Both the position numbers and the translations under genes were made by a program. A stretch of DNA of 64,000 nucleotides, from the NCBI GenBank assembly GCA_949358305.1, contig OX442314.1, positions 23,808,001 to 23,872,000 of the forward strand, read 5' to 3'. The notes beneath the pieces are model-generated. The model saw only the letters and a program-made list of their open reading frames with translations. It ran no database searches and was not told the DNA's origin. This document shows, piece after piece, positions 20,056-31,285 of this stretch. Within the stretch, counting starts at the first letter, position 1; the number at the start of each line of letters is the position of its first letter. The DNA comes from Strigamia acuminata. Lineage: Eukaryota.

Positions 20056-23000
20056 ATGCGTGTCGAAAGAAAAAATAAAGTAATTAAAAAAATTACTAAA
20101 CAATATCAGGATTTGTACGAAGAAACAGATGTTTCGATACTAATGAATGTGATGAACACCAACTTTTCACCAATTTACCGCATGGGTTGGCTGATAATTG
20201 TTATCACTGCATTTTCTTTGTGCACATATCAGTGCTATGAAAGGATGGCTTATTACTTGAGTAAACCAATAAAAGTAAATTCTGAAATGGAAGAAAAGTC
20301 ATTGGATGATTTTCCTGTACTGCATCTAGCCACTATAGTTACGGATGACAGTCATGCTTATTATTCTGCCCGTAATGCTACTAAATACAAAGGTATTTAC
20401 TCATAACTAAACAGTAGTGTGCGTACAGTTAGTTTTCAGGCTCCATTTATTCCGGCACTAATTTCTCCCAGATTTCCACTGAATAAATATTGAATGACCC
20501 ACCAACTCCTTTTCCCACTAAACATTTGTTTTAGCCCACTTATTTAATTATATCCATAATAATTAAATTCTTCATTAAAAATAATTTATTTTTTATATTA
20601 TACAACTACTGCCATCTTAACTTTAGATGGTCTTTCGGTTATTGAATGACCCACCAACTCCTTTTCCCACTAAACATTTGTTTTAGCCCACTTATTTAAT
20701 TATATCCATAATAATTAAATTCTTCATTAAAAATAATTTATTTTTTATATTATACAACTACTGCCATCTTAACTTTAGATGGTCTTTCCCTTTTAATGGA
20801 GTATTCAATTTTTTAGGATATTGTAAAATAAGTGGACAAAAAAAATTTTTTAGTGGGAAAAATAGGGATTGAGACATTAAATATTTATTTAGTGGTAAAC
20901 TCAGGAAGAGTAGGGGTGTAATAATATATCTCTTAAGTTTTCTGACCAAGCTCAACAATCATTTACATTTAGTGCGCAAAAAATTCACATGAAATCATCT
21001 GGTGCATTTAATAATTGCAATGAAAAGTGACTTCTCTGAATAGCCTTACAGAAAATTAACTTGGCAAACCTTAGCTTAGGGAAAGGCAGGTCCAAAAGAA
21101 ATGCTGGATGCCATGGAGGTCATGGACCTTAGAATGGTCATTTAGTCGCAAGTATGTATTAATTGAGAGCAAGAAATGAATTTTTAAATTCATTTCTTGG
21201 ATATTTTGCTAAGTTATAATGCAAAATATAAATTATAAAGAGGCAATAAATGTTGTTAACTGTAGGCTCATCAATACATTGTTGGGTTTGGTCTTGTCAG
21301 CTAATTTGCCGATTGGGTTGCCTGATTGGAATAACTATAAAATCTAAACAATAGTCAATAAAATACTCGATAATAACTTATCTATTTTTTTCAGCATGCA
21401 CTCAAACCTTAACTTTTAAGTTGGATAATCACACATCACTGCGCAAAGTGATGGAATTAAGAAATTATACAAAAATGATTAAAAAAGTGTCCTTCCAATG
21501 GGTATGTAAACAGCAGTTACAGTCGGCCACTAGTGACAAAATTATGAAAAACCTGTTAAATGCAGAAATATTTCAATTGATATTTTTTCCCCATCTCATT
21601 ATAAGTTGCTAACATCTATTTTACAGGGAACCAAAGTGTACAACAATTTGTTTCAAGCATATGAAAAATATACCCTCTATTCCAGTGTAACAAAAATTGA
21701 AAGTGGTATGTCTTAACTTATTTTTACATATTGTATAAACAATGCCGCATTATCGTATCATTCGTATAGTCCAGGGTCCCAAATTTTTAGGGGGTCCCAT
21801 TTCACTCAATAAATTATCAAAAAATAAAAAGTTAATGAATTAGATATTCATTTGGTGCTTGAGGGCCTAGGGTCCCCAAACACCATGATGCGCCAGTGTG
21901 AGTAAATATAACAATATTTTGATTTTACAAAAATTCTCTAATTCTCTGATTACACAGTTAAAAAAGTATCGGTTGGTCCAAAAGCCAGGCTTACAGTTAA
22001 GACACACACAACTGAAAACTTTCCTAGGAATCAGTTAATTGTACATGTAAGTGGAAACTAAACCAATAAAACTTGTAAACTACAAACGAAATAAATATCT
22101 TCCAGACGTATCTGGCAGCAAAAAACTACCACCTGTCCTTTATACCTGCAACAGCATCTCGTTTGGGTCACATGTATTATCAAAATGAGCTTTCTTTTAC
22201 AAGTAGAAGAGTGAGTGAATAAAACATTGGAAAGTTTTATTATCAAATTCACTCATTTCAAATTTTCTAGTACTCATTTTTGAACAGGAAGACAGTTCCG
22301 TGTTGGAATATATCAGCCATGGAAGAGTGCCACGAAAAATGTTATTTAGACGAAATAAAGAAACAAAATTTTTCATGTCAGTAAGTACACTAGTGTTGGC
22401 AGTGGTGATTTTACAGCATTTGAGGCCAGTGCAAGGAGTACGAAATAGGTGTAAACTGTGTCCGAGATTCCTGATTCCCAAAGATTCCAACAGATTCTCA
22501 ACCATGAGAATTGAAATAGGTTGGAACAGATCACATGTTTTAAACATTGAAATAGATTAATCGATTAATCGAAAAGTTTATAAAAATCCAAATTTTCATG
22601 AGCACATCATTGTTTGAACTTGGTGCCGGTCGAGGTATCCCCTGTCATCGAGGACGTCGCGTACGTGTGTCCTGTATGCGGCCAGATGTTTTCGCTGCAC
22701 GACCGGCTCGCCAAACACATGGCGAGTCGGCACCGGCACCGCGGACCGCACCGGAACGCGTGCAGCGCGTCAGAAGTGCCTGGCGGACTGGGCGAGGGCG
22801 GCGGGTTGTTTTTTAAAATTCAGAGTGGAATTGGAACCACCCTAAACATCAAATATCGAATATTTTGGAGTGGAATTGAGAGGGGGCGGAATTGGGATGA
22901 GCTGATTTGAATTGCATCGAGGCGGAATTGCAACTTTTTTTTACTGAAAGGGGCGGTTTAGGAACTGGTGAAATTGATTCTGGCGGAAATGAACCCCGCC

Positions 23001-25371
23001 CATTGAAGCAACTCCACACCATTACTTTAGAAGAAATTTTTACAGTTTGTTGCAAGCCATCTGGGTGGCTAGTTTCATGTTTGAGTCTCCAAATATTCCC
23101 ACTAAAAACATGATTTTATCACTAAAGCAAACATCTTCCCATTGTTCAACTATGAAATGCTTACATTTTTAGATCTAATTAGCAAAATGCAAAATACGAC
23201 CAATAAGCGTGATTCTAGTGAAGCTAATTTTGTTTGTTAGTTAAGCCAACAGTAGCCTTTAATAGAAAAATAAAATGCCCCCCTCCCTTTCTATAATCTT
23301 AAGATTGTTTGTACAACATTTCAGCCTACCATTCCTGCCGAAGGAAACTGATAATGAAGAATGCATCTCAAATCAAATAGCGTGTAACTACACAGAAACA
23401 CTTGGGACAATTCGAATTAATATCAACCCACCATACTCCTGCAATTGTGCGAGAGAATGTGAAAAAACAGTCATCATGTCTCATTACAGCTATGATAAAC
23501 TCCAAACAAACAAAACAATCGTTACATCCTACAGCAACTGGATACTTGAATTGAAAGAATATTACTGCTACGACTTTATCGCTTTCCTGTGTGATGTTGG
23601 GGGTTATTTAAGTCTCTACACAGGAGTATCCTGTATCGCTATTGTTCATTTGTTGTTTTACGACGTCAAGAAAACAATTCAAAAGTTATTATTTGTTGCC
23701 AGAAAAAACCGATTCGAAACCAAAATTATTTCCAAAATTCAAAGTATAATGTTGAAAAGAAAACGTCGTGCAGAAAAGCAGATTCAGTCAGATGACAAGC
23801 AGCTGGCGAAAATCAAAACAATTTTCATACTATTGTCATTCATTTTCAGCTGCTATTTAATATACATCCGAGTCGTAGACTATTTTCGATTTCCTGTATA
23901 TGTTACTATTGAACTTGTTCAAGATCGGTATGTTCAGCCACCAACCATAGTATTTTGCTCTGAACATTCAAACATACACGAGGAAAAAGAAAAGTTCATG
24001 AATACTTCTCGAAGTAATGCCTCAAATACTTCTGCTAATGCTTCATGCGTTGATGATGTAGACATATTAGATTTGCTCGATCAATTCGAAAATGATGCTG
24101 AAGAATTGTGGGATGCAACGGGTGATTTAGAGAGCTACGAATATTTCGTGGTAAGAAATGTCGATTATTAAATAGACAGTTGCATTCAAACACGTTACAA
24201 ATATTTACAATTTCAGGAGTTGGGGAAACTGTTCGGAGCATCTTCAGCAATGTTTAGATTCATCTATGGAAATATGTCCTATATTGATACCGTATTTGGA
24301 AAATGCATCAAAGTAGAATCAGGTACTGTAAATCAAATACATTACAGTACTATAAGGGAGTATAGCATCTGTCTTGTGCATTAAACTTCAGACTGAACAA
24401 AGATTTCTAATTCCCCTTCTATTCTTACATTTTTATAGGGCGTGTAGAATATAATCCTGTAAGTGCTGTAAACAGTATGGGGTTCATAGGTGGAGGAATT
24501 CGTTGCAACGCACACACCAAGGTAACTCATAATATATTTCAGTCACTAGTTTCGAATGATTCACTTGATGGCTTTTAATTTAGTTATTTTTAATGAAATC
24601 AGAAGAACGATTGGATTTTATATCGTATAATATTCAGCCGCACGACGTATTAATGTACATACAATTCTCAAGAAAAACAGTAAGAGCAGAGAAAATAGAA
24701 CTTATCTTCTTTTTATACTAATTAATTTTATACTTATTAATTTTATACTAATTTTAAAAAATAGACAGATAAATTAAATACACCAAAAAACCCATGTACT
24801 ACTTTAGACATATACACAAAGTGTGAAGAAGACTGTATCAACACTAAAATGGAGAATGAAAATATAGCATGCAGGTGTGTATACTGTACAATGGGTATTA
24901 TCCGACACACGTTTTAATTGTAAATGATTAAAATGTATTAGCTTGCCATTTCTTAACTGGACCACTTTACCTAAGTGCAAAACACCAGCCGATGCCAAAG
25001 CAACAAGAAAATCGTTTATTAAAGTGCACAGTGATGGACTTCGCGATTGCAACTGCCACCCTCCGTGTTATTATACTGCTCACTCAAGTTTGATTGACTA
25101 TTTACCAACAAATATTGATTTGGATGTCAAAGATTTAGTTTTAACAGTCTATGAATTTGACGGTAACATTCGCGAGATTTTTAAAGACGAGTCAGCTGTG
25201 CCATTTATCAAATTACTGTGTGATATTGGATCGATTTTTGGCTTTCTTCTCGGACTTTCTATTCTGTTATGCTTTGAATTGCTCGATAAGTTTCTGCACC
25301 AAATTAAATTAATGCAATTAAAGTTGCACTTATTTTATAAGTCAACTCTTAACAGCACTTTGAAAATCTGA
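20056..25371 (+). CDS. Tandem two-subunit DEG/ENaC (pickpocket-like) channel, copy A, about 825 aa, 12 exons
   Basis: GT-AG phase-consistent exons: 20056-20392, 21395-21501, 21627-21705, 21958-22046, 22106-22210, 22271-22380, 23325-24150, 24217-24322, 24439-24521, 24584-24679, 24765-24874, 24942-25371. TM1 (RMGWLIIV..), FP motif, CxCxxxC and TM2 DVGGYLSLYTGVS are followed by a second TM1/ECD/TM2 (DIGSIFGFLLGLS). Confidence 0.88.
20488..20788. repeat. 149-bp direct tandem duplication in intron 1 of copy A
   Basis: 20488-20636 is repeated at 20640-20788. Confidence 0.93.
22662..22733 (+). pseudogene. Isolated C2H2 zinc-finger coding fragment inside intron 6 of copy A
   Basis: YVCPVCGQMFSLHDRLAKHMASRH in a GC-rich island (about 22621-22806); no further fingers. 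Confidence 0.75.
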
Positions 25372-25898
25372 ATGTTTAATTCTTATGAAAACTTATTCTG
25401 GTCTTGTCTGAAAAGACAAGCCACAAAAATCTTTTTCGTATTTTAAATTCTTTTTCTGATAACTAGTAATAAGATTACTAAAATATTTTTAAAGTTTACG
25501 TGTTTTTAAAAATAATTTATTTAAACAATTTTTTCTCACTAAAAATAGTGATTTCTATTATATAAATTATCATAAACAGAAAAGAGGAATGTAAAATTGA
25601 CACCAAAGTTCTAAAATAGTAATCACAGACACTCACAAATGAAGTTTATTGAAAAAATGGGTGTTAACGAAATAAATAAATTTCATTAAAAAATCAATCC
25701 AATTTCTTTCGACTGCATTTAGGCGTACATATTTTACCGATTATGATATGTAGCTATAGTTTTAAGAAAAATAAAACAGAAACCGGCAAACGTTCAAAAG
25801 TGAACATCAAACTGAGACAACTCTCAAACTTTACGAACACTATTCAAACGCAAGTCTTTTCAGTTAAAATTTTCATTTTCCACCTACCAGTATTAATC

Positions 25899-28800
25899 AT
25901 GCTTTTCGGAAGAAAACTAAAAGTTGTTAAAAAAATCATCAAACAGCATCAGCATTTGTACGAAGAAAAACAAGCGGAGAGCTCGATATTCACGAATGTT
26001 TTCAATACAAACATTTCACTCCCGTCTCGAATTGGTTGGCTGATAATAATAATCACAGCATTTTCTTTCTGTTTTTATCAGTGCTATGAAAGAATGGCTT
26101 ATTTCAAGACTAAACCAATCAAAGTAAATGCTAACATTGAAGAAAAACCAATTGACGACTTTCCTGCAATGCATTTAACTTCATTAGTTACAGACGACAG
26201 CACTGCTTATTATGAAGCCTACAGTCGGGGAAAGAAAGGTATTTTTATATCCGATGATACGAGTTCATAGTCCAAAACAATTTTTTTCGTATTCAATAAT
26301 TTGTCTGTCTTTCAGGTTGTAGTCAAGCCTTACGATTTTTGGTTGATGATCATACCCCACTTCGGAAGGTAATGGAATTACGAAACTTTACCAAAATGAT
26401 TAAGACGATTTCTTTAAAAAGGGTAAGTTCAGACTTCATTTACTGTTCTGAATGTCACTTTCTGAGCCAAAAGATGCTACCATTGTTTTGAAACTCTTGG
26501 TTATACGAAATCTTTTTCCCAGAACTTATCAGTTTTCTGCTTCCTATGCAATAATAATTATGTTAGCAGACAATATTTGTAGTAGTGAGGTGACAGAGCG
26601 GACAACAGGGTCGCTGGAAGAGCCGATTGTACTAACAAGGAAAACACATGAATAAGATACTCACAGATTGTTGCAATATTAAATGTGAAGGATTGTTATG
26701 TCATGCTGAATGAGATCCCAAAATAATTTCATTCCATAAACAGCCAACAATGTAAACAATGCGCTGAAAGTTGGCACTATTTTGTCTGTGTATTTATTCA
26801 ATTTGAACAATCAGGCCTAGTGTATGAATACTGTAAACAACATGACTGCCTGCACGAAGACAATAATAGTTTGTAGTGCCAACTTTCAGCTCATTGTTTA
26901 GATTGTTGGCTGTTTATGGAATAAAATTATTTTGGGATCTCATTCAGCATGACATAACAATCCTTCACATTTACTATTGCAACAATCTGTGAGTATCTTA
27001 TTCAAGTGTTCTCCTTGTAAGTTGAATACAGGGGTCCCCCAACAGCTTCAGAAAACATTTTTATTGCGATTCGCAGAACTGCACCCGGGACAGTTCTAGA
27101 TCTGCATGGTCATAGAGCAACCTATACTCTGGCCGAGTATACGAGTGCGCTATTTCCTATTGGCTCAGCCTGATTACTCCTAACTGAGGACTGTGTACTT
27201 CCACCAAGAAAAGTAGTCTTGTTCTATTTTTAATTTATTTGATTATTTTAATGATTGAAATGATGCAAGTTTATTTCTTTCTGTAATAAAATGTTTTTTA
27301 AAATAGTGTTTTATGCTGGTTTAATTTCTAAATACGTTAGTTCAGATTGTTGAGTTTATTGGTTGCTTTGTCAGGAAAGCAAGCAGTATGTATTTTGATC
27401 GATTTTTGGGATCACTACACGAGTGAAAAGGCTGGGCCAATAGGAAATAGCGCACTCTTATACTTGGCCAGAGTATAGATAATAATTAAGCCGAGTTGAC
27501 GAAATTTGCCAACATTTTGAGGACCCTAGCATGAATAAAAAAAGTTACAACCAAAAAAATCATTTGTCCCATCACTTAAAAACAGTGCTGCACATGTTAT
27601 CGTGATAAAGTCTCTTTTCTATAATTTATTTCACAGGGCCGTACATCATATGACAAGATGTTTGATACGAAAGAAATTTACACTGTTTACTCAACTATAA
27701 CACGGATTGAAAATAGTACGTTTTTAAAAATTATTCACTAAACTTGCGGGACTAGCATTGGGATGACAGCGATAAGTATGTGACGGCATGGTCTTAACCA
27801 GGGCAGCTAGGGGCCAGTTGGCCTGGTGTGGGACGCACGGAAAATTAGAGGCAGTGACTCCAGAATGTTGGGTTGGTGGCCTTTAAACCGTTGTCAAAGT
27901 TCCCAGTCTACCCACATGCTGGCAATGCCACTTGGGCCATTGGGCAGTGTGTAACATTAACGCAGGTCACCCTTAGGTGGCCAAGCGGTCACAAGGAAAA
28001 AGTGGACATTCCCCCTTCGGTTTTTTGCCAATAACGCCCCCAACAAGCAGAGATAAAACTATTCCACAAACTGACTATTACCACCCAACCTAATCGCGTC
28101 ACGAGTTTTTTTTACCTTTTGTTGGGTATGTGATTAATGTGTGTCGAGCCAATGCTTCCCCGCGACTTAAAACGTGTAGATTATTCTCACTAATTAACAT
28201 AAATAAACTACATTCACTTGTAACATTACATCCGACAGTTAAAAAGGTATCAATTGGTCCCGAAGCCAGACTTGTTGTAAAGATGCAAATTACTGGGCGT
28301 TATAATCCACGCAAATCACTTCTGCCAGTAAGTGAAAAAAGAAAAGAAAATTAAACATTACGAAAATTAAAAACCATGAAAATATCTCCCAGATATTCGT
28401 TACAGCAAGAGACTACATCTTTTCATTCATAGCAGTTGCAGCAGTTCGCGTGGGTCATTTGTATAATCAAAATGAAATGTCTTTTACAAGCAGAAAAGTG
28501 AGTGAATATTGTCAAAGTTTGAAAACCAAATTCTCACTTTTCATATATTTTTTTAGTATTCATTTTTGAACAGGAAGTCGTCTCCCTGTGTAAGTATATC
28601 TGTTATGGAAGAGTGTCACCAAAAATGTTATTTAAACGAGATAAAACGACAAAACTTTGCATGCCAGTGAGTTCTCTAACATGTTCTTTTATTGTTTAGA
28701 TTATAACTATTTGCGTTATAGATTCCCATTTCTACCTAAAGAAACTGACGAGGAATGTATTTCTAATAAATTGACTTGTAACTACACACGAACACTTGGG

Positions 28801-31062
28801 GAAATTCGATTTAAAGTCAATCCTCCATACACCTGCAACTGTATGAGAGAATGTGAAAAGACAGTCATTACCTCTCACTACAGTTTTGATGAACAGAAGT
28901 CACAGACGGCGATCTTTTACTCCTACAGTAACTGGATACTGGAACTGAAAGAATATTACAGCTACGACTTTATCGCTCTCCTGTGTGATGTTGGAGGCTA
29001 TTTGAGCCTCTACACCGGAATATCCTGCATAGCGATTGTTAAATTATTGTTTCACGACACCCTTGAAACGGTCCAAAAGCTATTGTTCCCGGTCAAAAGA
29101 AGTCGATTCGATAAAAAGATTATTTCTAAAATCGAAAGTATAATGTTGAAGAGAAAACGTCGTGCAGGAAGAAAGAATCAACCAGATGTCAAACAGTTGG
29201 GAAAAATCAAAATAATTTTCATTTTATTGTCATTCATTTTGAGCTGCTATTTAATATTCATCCGAGTCGTAGAATATTTTGGATTTCCTGTGTATGTGAC
29301 TATCGTACTTGTTCAAGATCGGTATGTTCAACCACCTACCATCGTATTTTGCTCTGAAAGTTCCAACATGTACAAAGAAAAAGAAATGTTCATGAATGGT
29401 CCTCGAAGTAACGCCTCAAATACTTCTGCTAACGGTAAATGCGTTGAAGATGTAGACATATTAGATTTGCTCGATCAATTCGAAAATGATGCTGAGGAAT
29501 TATGGGAAGCAACAGGTGATAAGGAAAACTACGAAGCGGTAGTGGTAAGAAATGTCGAATATCATACGGACAGTTGCATTCAAAAAAGTGTAAATGTAAA
29601 CAATTTCAGGAGATGGGAAAAAAGTTTCGCAAAGATTCGGCATTGTTTGTTTCAAATTTTGGAAACCTGTCCTATCTAGATACCGTATTTGGAAAATGTA
29701 TCAAAGTGGAATCGGGTCAGTTTGAATACTTAAACTTATATTCTCATTCGGATTTAGGTTACGTTACAATCGAAGCAATACTCACATAATCAGATTTTTG
29801 TTGGGCCCTCAATAATTGAGTGATTACGATTATTGCAATAATCAACTAATCACAATAATCGCTCATTTAATGTAACCCCTTATTGTGCCGGTTTGGAGTA
29901 TAGTCACAGCCAATGTAGTGTACAGTAGCGTGATCAATTGTGAGCAAAATTGTACATTGCAGATTCCCCTATCTGTGGGACATTCCAACATAAGTTATTG
30001 GTCATGCGTATACATCCCCCATTTACGGTTTTACCAATCGTTCTATTTATAAAAATTCATAAAAAAAATGAAAAATGCAAAACAATTTCCGAGCAAATTC
30101 CTTAATTTTTTTTTTGAATTTTTACAGGGAGTGTGGAATACAATCCTGTAAGTGCTATGTTCCACGTGGGCTTCTTTGGTGAAGGAATACGTTGCAACAC
30201 ACATACTAAAGTAAATCATAATTTGTTGAAAGGCAATCATTTCAAAAGTTTAATTCCAACGTTTTTTATTCAGCTGTTTTTAATGAAATCAGAAGAAAGA
30301 ATTGATTTTTTAACATACAACATTCATCCTCATGACGTTCAAATGAACATAAAATTCTCAAGACAAACAGTAAAAAAAATTGTTTTCAGAATGGAAATAA
30401 CGTTACAAATATAAAACTGACTGCCACGCAGCCCCATGCACAATCCCACAATTTCCTATGTAAAAAATGTTTATACTTTCTCTAACTTTTCAAAATTTTA
30501 GTTAGATAAATTAGACACGCCTACAAATCCATGTACGTCATTAGAAGAATTCAAAAAGTGCGAAGAAATCTGCGTGAATACTAAAATGGAAATGGAAAAT
30601 ATATCTTGCAAGTACGGTTTAAAAAATACTTTGATTTGATTGGAAATAATTTAAATGTATTACAAATTTACTAGATTGCCATTTCTAAACTCAACCAACT
30701 TACCGATGTGCAAAACAGCAGCCGATGCTAAATCAACAAAAAGATCGTACATTAAGGTGCACTCAAACACTGATGCCCATCGCGATTGCGATTGCCACCC
30801 CCCGTGTTATTATACCATTTACACAAATGTAGTTGATTATTCCGTTGCCATCACTGAGAAACAAATGTTAGTCGTAACTTCATATGAATTCGACAGTAAC
30901 ATTCGCGAGATTTTCAAAGAAGAATTAGCTGTGCCTTTTATCAAATTACTGTGTGACATTGGATCAATTTTGGGCTTTTTTCTCGCGCTATCTATTCTTT
31001 CGTTCTTCGAATTACCTGGAAAGTTTCTGCACAATTTTAAAATTAAGATGCGGTTAAATTAA
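25899..31062 (+). CDS. Tandem two-subunit DEG/ENaC channel, copy B (intact, 12 exons)
   Basis: Exons 25899-26238, 26316-26422, 27637-27715, 28239-28327, 28393-28497, 28557-28666, 28722-29544, 29610-29715, 30128-30210, 30274-30369, 30502-30611, 30675-31062. Internal exon lengths match copy A (exon 7 is one codon shorter). Confidence 0.88.
26635..27018. mobile_element. Foldback/MITE-like long inverted repeat (arms about 145 bp) in intron 2 of copy B
   Basis: ACAAGGAAAACAC...TTGGCACTA is near-complementary to TAGTGCCAA...GTGTTCTCCTTGT. No clear TSD. Confidence 0.8.
27122..27478. mobile_element. MITE-like element with about 50-bp terminal inverted repeats
   Basis: CTATACTCTGGCCGAGTATA..GAGTGCGCTATTTCCTATTGG versus CCAATAGGAAATAGCGCACTC..TATACTTGGCCAGAGTATAG. 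Confidence 0.8.
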
Positions 31063-31101
31063 GTATTTTCTATTTCATCCTAAATGTCCACTCAATAAGA
31101 C

Positions 31102-31235
31102 TGTGAGAATGATTTAGACATACGGTTAAGTTGAATGTCTGAACTAGACTGATTTATTATCTCAAAGCATAGAACAAATCCAAATTACATAGAACAAGTC
31201 ATCGAAAAGACCCCCAGGGGGCGCTATCGCTTACA
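31102..31235 (-). repeat. 3' LTR of element 4
   Basis: Direct repeat of 36108-36241 with TG...CA termini. Confidence 0.96.
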
Positions 31236-31285
31236 CGACCCCCCTTTTGGGTTGTCGTCCTCGACAACAATACAAAATTACAAAA

